From Hydrurus foetidus (taxonomy: Eukaryota), in contig UYFQ01000160.1 of the NCBI GenBank assembly GCA_900617105.1, positions 1-64,000 of the forward strand: a DNA stretch of 64,000 nt, given 5' to 3'. Below the pieces are notes generated by a model that ran no database searches, had not been told where the DNA came from, and was given only the letters and a program-made list of their open reading frames with translations. A program made the position numbers and the translations under genes. Of the stretch, positions 10,772 to 24,385 are shown in pieces (position 1 is the stretch's first letter; each line of letters begins with the position of its first letter).

Positions 10772-13700
10772 TGTTGTCGAAGTTCTAGGTCCCGAATATG
10801 ATGATGTGCTCAACTAACCATAGCCTTCAACATTACTGAATCGAATCTTTTGATGAACTGGTTGAAGGAATCTCGTACGATTCTCAGTGTAGAGATTCGA
10901 ATATATACTTTTGCACGTTGCAGTATAGCTTAGACAACTACTATACAACTCACATATTTCTTTGCCGAGTAAATAAGCAATCTACGTTCGATAGATTTCT
11001 TTACTTCAAGCTCTGGAGATAGTAGGAAAGCGCACCTACTAGATCTGAGCGTTGTCAGCAAGGAATCTTTGTTTTACAAGCACAAGGAAATTCAATAAGA
11101 AAACAAGATATCACCGTATAGGCTAATTGTACGAACTGCAGGTGAAATTCGACAGTCTTTTCTCGGTTTTGCCGATCACAAAGAATTATAAACCATCAAT
11201 TTGCCGGGCTTTCTGGTCGACGCCACCTCAGTAAGGGGAAGAAGACGAAGAGCCCACTCTCCCGGCAGATATTCCAGCGGGTAACCTTGGGAAAGCAATC
11301 CTATGCGAGTACCAGAATGATCATAAAGATTGGAAGGCCGAGACGAAAAAGATAAAAGAAAACAAGATGTCAGTCTTTGCCCTCGTGAACTCACAGCTCA
11401 GCGAATCCTCGCGTGGAGAAGTCAAGACCACGAAGATTGGCCCACAGCTTACATCGAGAGAGATGTCCTCTTCTTGATTGAGCGCATACGAGCGACTCAT
11501 ATCGCACGTCAAAGTGGCAACCCCGGCCAGGACAGGGAGAGAGTCCAGACGTCCTGGGCCAACCTTCGGATGTGGCCACAGGAGTCAAGTTTTGCATTTC
11601 TTAAACGAGTCGAAGACCATCAGTTGGAACGATTGGCAGTTGGTTTAGCTGCAATCCCTGAAGAGGAGCTGGTAGTAGGAACACTCAATCGCCTTGATAT
11701 GTCCCGTTACGCGATGCTAGCGCGGGACTACTTTGATAACGAGCGGCGCGGAATCGCAGATTTACCGGCTGCAAGCTCAACACTGTGGAGAGAGGTGAAA
11801 GACGCACAAATCCTCCGCTTTCGAGGAACTGGAGGGGGCGATCTCGAGAGTGTGTTCCTCTCTCGCGCCGATGACATAAAGATAGATGGAAATGAGGGTC
11901 GCGGCCGTGGAGGCCGCGGAGGACGCGGAATTCGCAGCGGCGGGGGAACGATGCACACTGTTCAAGACGAGAAAGGCCAACCTGACTCCAAATCCACTGA
12001 AAGCTCCACGACAAAATCTGTATCTCATGACAAGCATGTCAGCAAACATCGTCAGTTACAGCAAGTTGAAAGAGACTCATGACATCCGGTACGACAAGGA
12101 CACTGACATGTTCACAGCCATCCCTACTGAAGGACCTACTCTTACCTTCACATGTGTTCATGGCCACTATACAATGAATCTAGCAACAGTGGTCCACACC
12201 TACGTCACCACCATCGACACAAAATTTTTGAAGTATTCAGCAAAGCAACTGGCGAGTGCACGCCGTGCCTATGAATTCATAAAGCGAATGGGTTATATTA
12301 ATTACAAGGCAGCAGCTGAAATCATTCAAAGAGGCTCGATGACCAATTTGCCATTTACAAGAGCTGACCTAGTGATAGCACAAGATATCTACGGAACTCC
12401 AGCTGCCTATCAACTAGGTCAAGGCGTCCAGCAGACAGTCAAAACGCGAGAGACCGACCGCATACCTTTACACCAGTCGGTGCAACAGGAGCTCCAAGTT
12501 GACTTGTTCTACTTCCTGGGTCAAACGTTCTTTCTGGGTATATCAGTCATTCTCGGTTTGATCATGGTAACGCACCTTGGCCCTGGAACAGAAACTGTGG
12601 TTACTACTTCACGAACCATAGAGGGATCTCGATCAAAAGCTGGTCAGGCTCCCATACTACATATGCAGCAATATCTTGCGAAAGGATTCCAAATCAACCT
12701 AATCACATCTGACGGTGAAGGAGCCATTAAAACGGTGCGACGAGAAGTCGAAAATTTGGGAGTTGATCTCAATGTCCTCGGCCATGGATCTCATGCTCCG
12801 CATGCAGAAGCAGCCATCCGGCACATCAAGAATAAAGCTCGATCCACGCTGCATAGCCTGCCGTTCCCTTTACCGACGAAATTGGCGGCCGCCCTCGTAG
12901 CACATGTTGTGCACATATCGAATATGGTTCCAAAACTTAACTCGCCTGGTCACATGCCCGCATACACAGCATTCCGCGGACGAGTCCCCAACTACGCCGT
13001 CGATGCTCCTTTCTCCTTTGGCACTTCTGGATTCCTCCAGAAAGCGCAAGGTCCAATGAGCAGTAGTGCAGCACCACGTGCTGATTACTGCTTGTGGCTT
13101 GGTACGACACGCAACCAGAAAGGAATTCATCGCTGTTTGAACCTTAGCACATTGCAAGAAATCACGGGAGACACATTCCACCCAGCTCCTCTCACTGAGG
13201 ATACCCCGAGACAATTAAAACAACTGGCAATCCCTGGTGCAGTTCTACCTCCCATGATGTCAGAGCAACCCCTAGATGATCCGAATGCTCCATATCATCT
13301 CGATCCAACTCGAGGGGTAGATCAGGAGGCACCTCCTACCGAACTAACTGAGGCAACAGCAGACGTGATTGTCAGCCTCACACCCGCAGAAGTGCCTCCA
13401 GACGACTTGGAACGAGACGAAAATGATATCGCGGGAAAAGACATAACTTCAAATGGTCCATCAATCCCTGAAGAAGGGGTACGAGACATATCAATCCCTG
13501 AAGAAGTGGTGCAAGATATCGATGAAGTAGAAGTGTCAGCTCACAAATTGTTGAGTAATCGTGCAAATCCAGGATATAACCTAAGAAGCAGTACCTTAGA
13601 CAAGCACGTGTTTGCAGCACTCTCGATCAAGGAGGTCAACATCTTGTACGGAGCCGAAGTCACTGACGCTGCAATCGTTGAAGAATTAATGAATTGCATC

Positions 13701-15176
13701 AAGAAGGATGTATTCAAGTTCCAGTCGCAAAATTACACAGCAAAGTCAACCATTCCATTGAAGATATTTTTGACTCCGAAGAAATTGCCAAACGGTAATA
13801 TAGACAGAATGAAGGCAAGACTTGTTGCAGGAGGACATAGACAAGACAGGTCACTGTACACAGATGTCGAGACATCATCCCCAACTGCAGCACTCTCTTC
13901 CGTCATGATGGCAGCAGCACTCTCTTCCGTCATGATGGCAGCAGCACTAGCAGCACACAGAGCAGATCACGTTATAACACTCGATCATAAGGCTGCTTAC
14001 CTGAACGCGTCGATGGTCGGGCATATAGTTGAGATGCGCCTCGGCAAAGAGGTTGCCAGTCTCCTGTGTGGTGTTGCACCTGAGCATAAGAAATTTTTGA
14101 GACAAGATGGAACGATTATCGTCAGACTTCAGAAAGCTCTTTATGGATGCATAGAGTCAGCGGTTCTCTGGTATAAAGAACTCAGCAGGACACTAATAGG
14201 ACTAGGATTCAAGAAGGACGACTATGATGAGTGCTCCTTCGTACGAAAAAGACCAAATGCGATAGACGCTATACTCGTGTACGTTGATGACCTAATGCTC
14301 ACCTCGCCATCAAAAGATATACTGTTATCCATTGCAGACGTACTTCGGAAGAAATACAAGGAGGTGACTGTAAAGGAAGGATACCAACACGACTTTCTAG
14401 GTATCCATTGGAACTTTGAAACATCTGGCCAAGGTGCCCTGTCAATGCAAGGATATGTGGATAACATATTACAAAAGTACAATGTTGTGAGAGAAGCAAA
14501 GACTCCAGCTACTGAAAGACTGTTTCAAAGTTATCCTGACTGTGTCAAGTTAGGATCAGTCAAAGTGCAGTGGTTCCATTCTTGCGTAATGGAGTTGCAT
14601 TACCTGGCCAAGAGGATCAGGGCTAATATCCTTACAGCGGTCTCCTACTGTGCAACTAGAGTCCTTTGTCCAGACAAAGACGATGAGAAGAAACTAGACC
14701 GTGTGCTGTCCTATCTGCTGTATTCAAGAGACCAGAAACTAACACTTAAAATCGGAGATCGTTTGGAAGTCCGTGCCTATGTGGACGCATCATTCGGAAC
14801 GTATAGGGGCATGAAGTCAGTTACAGGAGTAATTATAATGATTGGAGGCGCAAGCATCTATGTGAAAAGTGGTAGACAAAAGATTGTTACCAGGTCATCA
14901 ACCGAAGCTGAGCTTGTGGGACTTTCTGACGCCCTCTCGCAAATCATTTGGACACGGGAATTCCTGATAAGCCAAGGCCATCATATCGGCCCCGCGGTGG
15001 TTTTCCAAGATAATCAATCGACTATATGTCTAGTCAATCGAGGCAAGTCAATGAGTGAGCGAACCAGACATGTCAAGGTCAGGCATTTTTTCATTAGTCA
15101 CTATGTTGAGGCAAATGAAATCAAGATTGAGTACTTACCAACAGGAGAAATGGTCGCAGACCTCATGACGAAGCCA
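10772..15176 (+). mobile_element. Ty1/Copia retrotransposon Copia-A, 3' truncated; possible 5' LTR about 10772-11097
   Basis: gag remnant about 11130-11960, then integrase-RT-RNase H. Ends abruptly at DLMTKP with no 3' LTR. The LTR call rests only on a TGTTG start and a CAATA end. Confidence 0.85.
11886..15176 (+). CDS. pol: Copia-A Pol (integrase, RT, RNase H); knuckle and catalytic protease segment missing
   Basis: VDLF/SDGEG/EAAIRHIK integrase triad; KARLVAGG, LQKALYG, YVDD, YVDASF, STEAE, QDNQS, ADLMTK. In-frame 27-bp duplication AALSSVMMA. Comparison with Copia-B shows the knuckle and protease N-terminus are absent. Confidence 0.93.
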
Positions 15177-15400
15177 CCGGCCGGCCGGTTGGCCGGCCGG
15201 CCAATCGGTCAAAAACCGTACAGAACTATGAACTAGTTATAAACGTACTTAACCCCTATCATAATTGTATCAAACTCGTATTAAACACGTTGAACTGTGA
15301 TGATATGTTAGGTGGTGATTGGCCGGTCATCTTAAAGGTGACCGGCCAGGCCAGCCACCGGCCTGGCCGACCAGTCAAGCCACCGGCCACAAGCTCTAGC
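15177..15400. repeat. GGCC/CCGG-rich palindromic repeats, probably a DNA transposon end fragment
   Basis: CCGGCCGGCCGGTTGGCCGGCCGG at the Copia-A break and further GGCC arrays to about 15390; similar GGCC repeats at 10620-10665. Confidence 0.45.
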
Positions 15401-15558
15401 TAACTCCTCCGACACAGACTTTCGTGCAAATTTGATACCAGTACCCGGCAATAATCAGTCCATCGCAAAATTTGAGCCACTATCAATTTCGCATACTCAC
15501 CTTCTAGCTGACTATATATTTATTTCCTCAACAATGACACATTTTTCAGAGCAGCTCC

Positions 15559-17297
15559 ATGAGTGCCATGAATCCTACGAGACTGGTCAATCCATTCGGA
15601 AGGGGTAGTCCAGATTTGAGCAAAAAACGCGTGACAATTCTAGAGACGACTTGGCTCTGTCATGAGGTAAAGTTTCATGGCAAAACTGCATCTGAACTTG
15701 GTGCTAAATACAGTTTGAATAGGGAAATGATTACGCAATGGGTTTCTGCCTATACTAAGAATGGAAATTTACAACAAAGTCGTGGTCGACCATCTTCCTT
15801 TTTGTCGGCTGACCTGGAGTACATCAAATTTAGTGTGCTCTTCAGCGAAATTTACAAACAATAGGTAAATTTCTACGTACTCAGATGAAAAAATAAAATA
15901 AAAAAAGTAAAAACACAAAATACAAAATTACCGTAGGATTTTGAGGGAGCGGACAACCAAAAAAAATGAAGCTCAAGGTGGCAAACACCGAGCAAACCAC
16001 TGATGCGAGAGATATCGCAACTGCGGACAAATTAAACGCAGTATCTGTTGCAGCAGCATATTTTCTGGTGATGCCACTCACTAGCCCGCATCTAGTAATC
16101 AATTCCGACGATACATCATTCCAAACAGGAGGAGGACAAACGGAACTTGTCCCAGTTGTTTACGACCCTGAGATGCACAAGGAAAATAATCAGCTGCTAA
16201 AGGTTTTGCAAGAAAAGTCAGTGAGTCTGACAGCGTACTTCGTCAAATTATACCCCTGTATCAACGCAACCGGCTCTTCTGCACCACCAGTTTATATTTG
16301 TGCAGATAAGAACAAGAAGAAGGGAGAAATCGACGTCCATGAAGTGATGGGTCTTGTCATCGGGACGGACCTGACCTCAGTTGGGTACGTCGTATTTGCA
16401 AAAACTCATGATGTGAACGAGAAATTCTACCACTGGTGGTTCGTCACAGTATTCCACAAATTCGTCATTGATCTAAGACTACGTTACAAGTTGGAAATCG
16501 ATGTCCCCGCTTACTTTAGTGTGGACGGTGAGGAGACTCAGGTACACCCTTTGCAGACTCCTTTCGTCAGGGAGCTCTGCTCAGAGCTCAACGTAGTCTT
16601 CGGTAAAACACCTGCATCAACAACATCCACTACTCAGCCATGTGACGCCAGTGACTGCTTCCTCGGAGCAAAATCGAAAAAGAAGCACATCAAAAAGCCC
16701 TCGGAAGTGCAAGACGAAGCTATGAATAGTTTACTTTGAGAAGTGATCAAGGTACATGAGACAAACACAGCAAGAGGTAAATTTCAAGGTGTTGATTGCG
16801 GGTGTTCAGATGGTACAATATGTGTTATCAACTACAATGAGAAGAGACATGATAGTCAAGTCATTTGCTATCACGGGGCAGTATGACCCTGAGAAGGGAG
16901 GGTAAAATGTCGAGAGAATACTCGGACAGTGTAAATCAAAATTTACCACTGAGGAAGTGGCGAAGGTGTGGGAGCTGCTGCCAACTCTCTACAAATTGCT
17001 AACAGATAATGGTGAATTGAAAGAAAAGGATTCCAGCCACTCGACATGTACGGAGTTGGAAGTTCCAACAAATGCCGAGATTCTCTGGTCCTGAACTGTC
17101 GTCACTTTGTATTTCTAACCAATCGAGCTTTGGTGGCTAGCGAGTCCAAGAAGAAAGTTGGCAAGGAATTAGCAACATCAGATAAAGCAGAGAAGGCAAC
17201 GAAGAGAAAGGTGGCAGTAGCAGAGAAGAAGGCAAACCCTTCTGCTGCAAAGAGAGCAAAGAAAAATCCTATAGTAGCCGCTGAAATCGCGGTCTAG
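15559..17297 (+). pseudogene. pogo-like DDE_1 transposase (HTH plus DDD), disrupted
   Basis: HTH-like ASELGAKYSLNREMITQW..GRPS; catalytic-like INSDDT, SVDGE and TTQPCD; basic tail; internal stops. Confidence 0.75.
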
Positions 17298-17304
17298 CTT
17301 TCAT

Positions 17305-17865
17305 ATCATGCAATGCTCATGCGTACATAATTCTCAGCCATGCAATCAACGTACTTTGTATTCCTTCTCTACGTCTTGGAAAATTTTCATCCTATGCGGA
17401 AACTACTCCAGGATAAATTCGCGAGAAGTACCAACATATCGATCTTTACTTTTTCTGTCGACATGGTCATCCTTTAAGACTTCCACCGACATCGAAGCAA
17501 TCCTTTTTGTGGCTGATCTCCGAAATTCGGCTTTGGCTGCGTCCTTCAAGCATTCGAACGGTTAGGGTTGAATAATCGACAGATTCTGCAATCGACTGAT
17601 GAAACAGCTCACCAAGTACGCTCAGCCTTCCCTGATCGGACTGCAAATAGCGGCACTTCAGGTGCTTCCTGTTGAAGTTAGACTTTTCTGGCAGCGATGA
17701 CGCAGTTTCGATCTTTTCCGCGACTCTGTTGACAATCCACCATTCTCGCTCTAATTTTCGGTTGATGATTCGGAAACCGAATCCGGCAACAGCGTTGAAA
17801 GACAAGACAGGAAGGCTTTGATCCATGATCACTGCTCGGAGTTGAGCATGGCGCGCAGAATTCAT
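17305..17865 (-). pseudogene. Second, convergent ORF inside the pogo-like element, unknown product
   Basis: ATG at 17865 just inside the right inverted repeat; 132-aa ORF that appears to continue after a frameshift to about 17305. Confidence 0.4.
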
Positions 17866-18629
17866 AATTCATAGATAAGTTGTGTCGATGCCGGTGTGTG
17901 ATGTTGACAGTGGCTCAAATTTTGCCGTGGACTGATGATTGCCGGGCACTGCGATAGTGACTTCGGAAAAAGGGCTTTCGAAAGTCGAAAAATATCGATC
18001 GCAAGGGACCGAGAGATCATTTTGGATCGCAATTAGCAACCGATCTGCTCATCGTAGGTACACAACTATCATATTTCAAAAGATGCGGACAACATCAGAC
18101 AACACACGGCTTACCTCATCGGGGTCCCCACTTCTCTAGTTGTCCGTACAATCGCTTGAAAACAGCCTAAAATCCCTGAAATTCCGAAAACTGTAAATAA
18201 TCAAAAATTTCCAAAGAATAGGCACTCGACGGTATACTGAAAGTATCTGAAGGATGATAGATTCTTCATCAATTGTCCGTTACACTACCGCTTATTTTGT
18301 ATCGTCCCAGTCACTAAGAAAATACCGTGTAGATCCGTGGATCCAGGACTGCCAACAGCACTCATGCTTGCGAGAGTTTATATCTCAAGAGCTTGTAATT
18401 GTGAATGTTTGTCCATTCAATGGATGCTCGTCGATAGTTGGACTGACTGCATCTGCAACACCCATTATGATCATAAATCATGAATCATGATGAATGACAG
18501 TGGGTTGTAAGTACTGCTGCACGTGCTCTCATGATGCATGCACACAAATCGAAGACCAAATAAGTTCAGATGTAAATAATGTTCGTAACAACTGATCAAT
18601 CGTGAAGAATAGAATTCACCTGCCTTACG

Positions 18630-19480
18630 ATACTAAATGTCAATACGTGGAGGAGCCCATCGTAAAAGAGAAGATAGTCTATGAAACAAAATTGAGGAGG
18701 ATGTTAGTTTGTGTAATATAACATGTAGTTCACAAGAATTGCAACACAAGTAATTGACTGAAGCTCTCTCCAACAGTGTCATAGAAGTAAACCGTAATGC
18801 AGGAAATTCGCAACGTTTCATTAAGACATCGTTTTGGTTTTCTTCTTCTCCAACAAGTTGAAAGCATCATGTAGCGATACGACTTTGAAATCATTTAATT
18901 TAGCCAGCATTTCCCGAAGCAATTCCGCAAGCGCCAGAGGAGTTGATGCAAGTTCAATTCTAGCCTGTGTTGCTCTGACGGTCTGAAGAATGCTCACGAA
19001 GGATGAGTCCCCTTCGTAGAACCTTGAGTTGTAGGTCCTTCGGTCCTCCAAACACTCGATAAAAAAACCAGTTTTCGAAGAGTTTCGACTTTAGTCTCAC
19101 ACTCGTACACTGGCAGAGCATCTTCCTGCACATTCTGATTTAGTCTTCGTATACAGTGCTCAATGCAAGATCAGTATTAACACTGCCTACTTCGAGATAT
19201 CGATCATTCCTGGACAGACGCTGCAAGATGGAGATGATCGATTGATTGATAACTTTGATACCGGACTTCTGGAGTGACTTCAAAATCTTCTCCATTCTAT
19301 TTGCTCCATTAGACAGGATGAATACTTGTGCTGCAATATTAGAAAGATTAACTTCAAGTAAGGTTGTGAATCAAATAAGTTTTACTAATATAAATGAAAA
19401 AGTAGAAGCTTCTGTGGCACTGGCAAACATAAGGACGATTATTTCTAGCAATTCATCAACCGCAACATTTAACTGTCATT
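18630..19480 (-). pseudogene. Degraded coding-like sequence, unknown family
   Basis: Consecutive protein-like frames with scattered stops (e.g. 18821-19051); no motif recognised. Confidence 0.25.
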
Positions 19481-20429
19481 CACTTTACTGTCTCCTCCCA
19501 TATGTTTTCTATTCCGTTGTATTCCGGCCTCTGCCCGGTCGTATTATACCGTACCTCCCGGTTAAGGAGTTAGCTTTCAAGCAAACATCAAACCGGTTGG
19601 GTGCTCACGATAAGGGACTGCAATTAACTGATGTCAATCGCCCTACAGGTGGCGTCACATGCGCGCCAGCTAGTGCCCACCCACCCTATCCTCGTAGCCA
19701 TTGACTCAGTCGGTTGCGCTGGCATAGGATGGACTATGGACCCAGAAATATCCTTCGCCCACCACTACTTAGGGCGCTGCTGGTTGTGTTCTAGCCGTTG
19801 GCAGTGGTCTCCGCTGCTCATATGTCTTCTTGATATCACGCTCAGTCATGAAGTTGTGAGACCCCGCCGAGTACTTCTCCCTGTTCATGCGGTCGTCCTG
19901 TAGGGTAGGAAATGGAGTGGAGGTGGTAGTTAGGCTGCATTTCACGGTCATCCTATAACCTATACCACATATTATAGCGTGAGATATTTTAGGGAAAACG
20001 CCATTTCACAGGCATTTTTTTACCACATAATGTACGGTAAGATGGAAATCTCTCCACAAAAGCAGTCTTTATGTGGGAAGCTTTCATCGTTCCCACATAA
20101 TATTACAGGCAGCAGAGTCTGTTCATACCTTCATTCCAACGCAAGAAGTCTCCGCATCATCGACTGCATTGACAGTGGTGAAAAGAAAAGGCAGGGCCAC
20201 GAAGCAATTTGCTGAGGCCTACTGCTTCGTCTTCTCCTTATCCTGGAATGACATAGTGGTGAACGGTGGAAAAATGTCGACCAAACAGCAAGAGGAGCTT
20301 ATCAAAGTTAAGGCTGCGGAGTGGGTACCTGAATTAAGAAAAACGTATGCCCATTGTTTCAAAGTTAGTTGCGAGCTGGAAGCAGTTTTGACAGAGATCG
20401 ACTTAGACAATGGAGAGCAAATGGAAGTT

Positions 20430-20851
20430 CCTAATTCTCCCTCGATAAAGGTTTTATGGTTTTAGTCAGTAAAATTCTGACATAATTACGTATCGAGGTC
20501 TCGTGCACAAGTACATGGTACTAGGCACCCATTTTATCTCCTACCACCACCCTGTCTATTTGTGTAGATTTTTATTTTTAAATTTTTACTTTTGAGATTT
20601 ACTTTATTGTTTTTCATTTTGTTTTCATTTTCTTTTAGTTAGTTTTAGCATTAGTTGATTTTTGTACAAAACGTGGTGGTCGCGTCATAGGTTCTTTTTC
20701 TTCGAAAATAAAGTGAAGTGGGGGAAATGTGGTCGGATTGGCTATACCGGGCCTACGGGCCGTACCGGACCCAGTCTCGATCCATCCGATCCTACTGCCT
20801 ACTGTACATATACATCTCTAGCACTACTGCTAGCTAGCTCCAGCTTTCTCA
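20430..20851 (+). mobile_element. Gypsy-3 remnant: 3' UTR, PPT and left part of the 3' LTR (LTR starts 20728)
   Basis: 20430-20510 is homologous to the Gypsy-2 3' UTR (10032-10110). Purine tract GAAAATAAAGTGAAGTGGGGGAAA, then TGTGGTC. Confidence 0.85.
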
Positions 20852-21089
20852 GGCGAGTTCTTATGGCAGCCGAGTTTACCTCAAAAAGTATACACCGAGG
20901 TATACTTTCTGGAAACCATGGAAAAATCCGTTCACTATGGTTTGCCAAAAATTGTCGAAGTTAGGGATGCATACTTCTGATCCTCTGACTTGTCAGAGTA
21001 TATCGCATTTACTTTGCAGCTGCCGAGAGAGCAAAATTGTAGACTATCGACCAATTATCCGGACACAGCACATCTGTCAGCTAGATAGC

Positions 21090-22542
21090 ATGACTTCCTG
21101 CGAGGACATAGGACTGGACAAGCTACTCCAAGTTGCATGTTTGCAAGTTGTCGAAGAAGCCAATGTGTTCGCTGCTGTGCTGAGTTCAAAACGTCGCCAA
21201 CGGAACAACCAACAACCAGCTCCCAAAGTCAAACTTGCTCGTATAATCTTCGATCGCCCATCATACACGAATCCAACTTGGTGGACGATGCTTCAGAAGG
21301 GGGATTGCAAAATTGAGGGACATCCTCAGAAGAAAGTGTTTAGGAGAAGATTTTCTGTCCCTTTCACCATGTTCAAATCAATAGTTTCAAAGGCTAGGGA
21401 GTGGATAACAGTTGGGGATAAGAAAATGGGTGATACAACAGTTGATTACGTGGGTATAGACGGAGTCCCTTTTGAGCTGAAAGTGCTGGGAGCTCTCTGG
21501 ATGTCAGCCAAAGGCTCTTCGTTCGATGCCATTGCCGAATTGAGTGGCATGTCGATTTCGACGATGCAGCTGTTCTATCACAAATTCTAGGAGAAGTTTG
21601 TTACTGTATTCAGAGATCGATGGATCTATCACCCGACTACTTCAGCTGAGGCTGTAGATAATTTAGCGGTGTATGCAAGATTAGGCTTCCCTGGTGCAAT
21701 TGGTAGCGTGGATTGCACACACATCAGATGGTTTCGCTGTCCAGCACTCTTTCAAAACTCGTACTCAGGAAAGGAGAAAAAGGCTACAGTAGCTTACGAA
21801 GTTACTGTAAACCATTCTAGGCGATGTTTACATATCTCAGCTGGTCATCCAGGTTTGAGGAGTGACAAGATGATTCTGTGGACAAACAAACTAGTCATGG
21901 ATCTCAAAGATAACTCTGTCTTCATACCATACCTCGACTGTCATATTATAAAACCAACCTCTCAAAGGCTGATGGAACGGAGTCGTTAGTATGGGGCCCG
22001 TACCTGATCACAGACAATGGTTATGCCAAGTGGAGTATCATGAATGCCCTATCAAGTTTTGCACGAACCAGAGTGAACTACGCTGGTCGAGTAGGTTAAA
22101 GAGTGTTAGAAAGGATGTTGAATGTTATTTCGGTAGACTGAAAGCCCGATTTCGCATATTGCAATCGAACATTTTATATTATCATCAACATGAAGTAGAC
22201 AATGTTTTCGTAGCTTTCTCAATTTTGCACAATATGAATTTGGTGCATAATGATTTGGACATAGCACGGAAAGATCCTGCCAATTGGGAAACTCCTGAAG
22301 ATGAGGACGATATTGACATCCGTGAAAGTAGAGAGCGTTTAAGGATGCGAGGTAGATTAGTTACAGCTGATGTGGTGCTCGCAGCAGAAAACATACGCAG
22401 AGTAGTTGTTGAGGATATAGAAGATTTAGAAGACGCATCTTACATTGACTTCAGAAAGAAACTAATTGATCATTACATTTACAGCTCTGATAACAGTTTG
22501 GTTGAATGGATTTCAATAAAAACAGTTTTACTTACAGTTTAG
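21090..22542 (+). pseudogene. Harbinger DDE transposase (DDE_Tnp_4 type), with stop and frameshift
   Basis: FRRRFSVP, GAIGSVDCTH, YSGKE, YLITDNGY and RKDVECYFGRLKARFRIL..LHN motifs. Confidence 0.9.
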
Positions 22543-23618
22543 TAGGAGTTTCCTTCTCGTAAGACTCATTACTGAAAGAATCGTCGAGGCTATGCTTACC
22601 ATCAAATAAACTATCATCAATGAAGTCGTCATGAAGATGAATGTCATCAAACTCTTGAGCCTCCTCCTTTACAACCGAGAAGCTGGCAGATCGTTGGTCT
22701 AAGATATTCTTCTGTCTCTGTAGAGCTTTGATGTAATCACTCCTATTTGCCGCATTACTATCCAACTCGTACATTCTGTGGGCATTAAGCACTAACGCAT
22801 CAATTGTCTGACGATCTGGATCAGTTGCTCCCTTCAGTAACGAAACTATCTGAGAAGAGTTTTTCACACTCTCTCCTAGTAAATCATTTGACACCTCATC
22901 ACCGTGAGTCAAATCAAGTGCTGACGAATTGGAGGTTTTATCCGACCTCTGTGTCTTCCTGCTGTACGCTGATGTTCTCCCCAGTGATGTTGAGAACGCT
23001 GAACAATCCAATATGTCCACTTTCTGCTTCATCACAGCTAGACCAGTATCAGGCAGCCACAGCTGGACCGTTTGCAAGCCACGACAGGAAGTTAGTTGGC
23101 AAGAAGTTCTCGGGCATTTTTCGCACATTGCTTGGCGAATTGACGGAGGTCTTCGTCGGATTTTGTTCCTCTTTCGAAAATGATACATGGAAAGAGTACT
23201 TACTTCGATGATGAGTCGAACTGTACAGTGCAACGAACGTGCTTGACCTACCGTCCTCTCTTTTCCGATCTCGTTTTCAGTCTCATTCTCCTTTGCTGCC
23301 GATACTTCAATCTTTAGTGATTTCTTGTGTGCTGTCCGTTTCTGAGTAGCAACCAGATATACTCTCCTCTGTTCATCCTTTACTGAGAAGGCCTCCTCTC
23401 TAACTTTGTCCCATAAGTCATTGAGCTGTACCCCCCTGATGGGATGCTACCATCCTTGTTCAACAAATTAACCCAAATTGGATTGAAAGTGTTATTCGCC
23501 TCGTACTTAATCTCTTGGAATAAGTTGTAGCATTCCAGGCCAGTAAAGTTCTCAGGATCAGCTGCAGCAACATTATTCTTAGCAGCTTTGATTTCTGTTT
23601 TCTCAATTGCTTCCTCTT

Positions 23619-24134
23619 TGTGAGTTGCCACGGGTTGGCACGAAGTCGGGAGGACATATCGTGGATGCCCAAATGAAGATGGGAAGGTTTGGTTAGTAAA
23701 TTCGATTTAAGGATTAGAAACTGGCACGGAGGCCACAAAGCATAAAATCATGTTGCACATCATTTCTACCTGCCGTACAATAATAAGATCTCAATCGTCA
23801 TGCGCATGCAATTTGACTGGCTCTCGTAGATTTACATCTACGTTGTTGTATAGGCGAGATAGTATCTACTCAACTGTAAATATGACGTTTGTACTAAAAG
23901 CTAGACTTTTGGTACCAAGTACCGGATAAATACTATACAGCTGTGGTTATTATGGTGTAACAATGGCAATATACGTGATACGAATTGGCATTGAGGAAGC
24001 GACTTGGTGCACATTGCACACCAATAACAATCTACAAAATGTGTTTACTTATGATATCCTATCATGCTAATTGTTGATTATACAAATGGTAATATACAGC
24101 TATAACTAGCACTTATCGCTGTTATATACCGACA
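23619..24134 (-). repeat. Copia-2 3' LTR (516 bp)
   Basis: Near-identical to 33680-34182, with 13 extra bases near 23701. Confidence 0.96.
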
Positions 24135-24180
24135 CACCCCGTAATCATCAATTGCTTTATATTATTTTTCTTAGAAGTCA

Positions 24181-24371
24181 TCATGTCGTCTCTGATCAAA
24201 CAATCATGAGCTTATGTAACTATCTTATGTCATCTTTGATTAGACAATCATAATATTTAATCTTATTATTTACTTTATATGCATGTCATCTCTGATCAGA
24301 TAATCATGATATATTTACTTATCTTTTATTTTATTTTTGTATTCATGTCATCTCTGATCAGATAATCATGA
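24181..24371. repeat. Four 29-bp imperfect palindromic repeats with unique AT-rich spacers in the Copia-2 3' UTR
   Basis: Consensus TCATGTCATCTCTGATCAGATAATCATGA at 24181, 24225, 24281 and 24343; spacers 15, 27 and 33 bp. Confidence 0.9.
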
Positions 24372-24385
24372 TATCCAAATCTATT

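Larger units (their letters stand above)
15439..17951 (+). mobile_element. Tc1/mariner/pogo-like DNA transposon with about 48-bp inverted repeats
   Basis: CAGTACCCGGCAATAATCAGTCCATCGCAAAATTTGAGCCACTATCAA at 15439 has an imperfect inverted copy ending at 17951. No clean TA TSD is visible. Confidence 0.8.

Noticed and set aside
11098..11115. Self-priming site in Copia-A
   Set aside because: The LTR boundary is uncertain and only partial complementarity to LTR sequence is present.
17305..17865. SET domain in the pogo second ORF (GFG motif)
   Set aside because: No NHSC or ELxxDY motifs in any frame examined.
19500..20430. Short ORFs and CCACATAA repeats as a distinct element
   Set aside because: No recognisable domain, termini or TSD to support a call.
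24181..24371. CRISPR array
   Set aside because: Eukaryotic retrotransposon UTR, no cas genes, and spacers are low-complexity and unequal in length.
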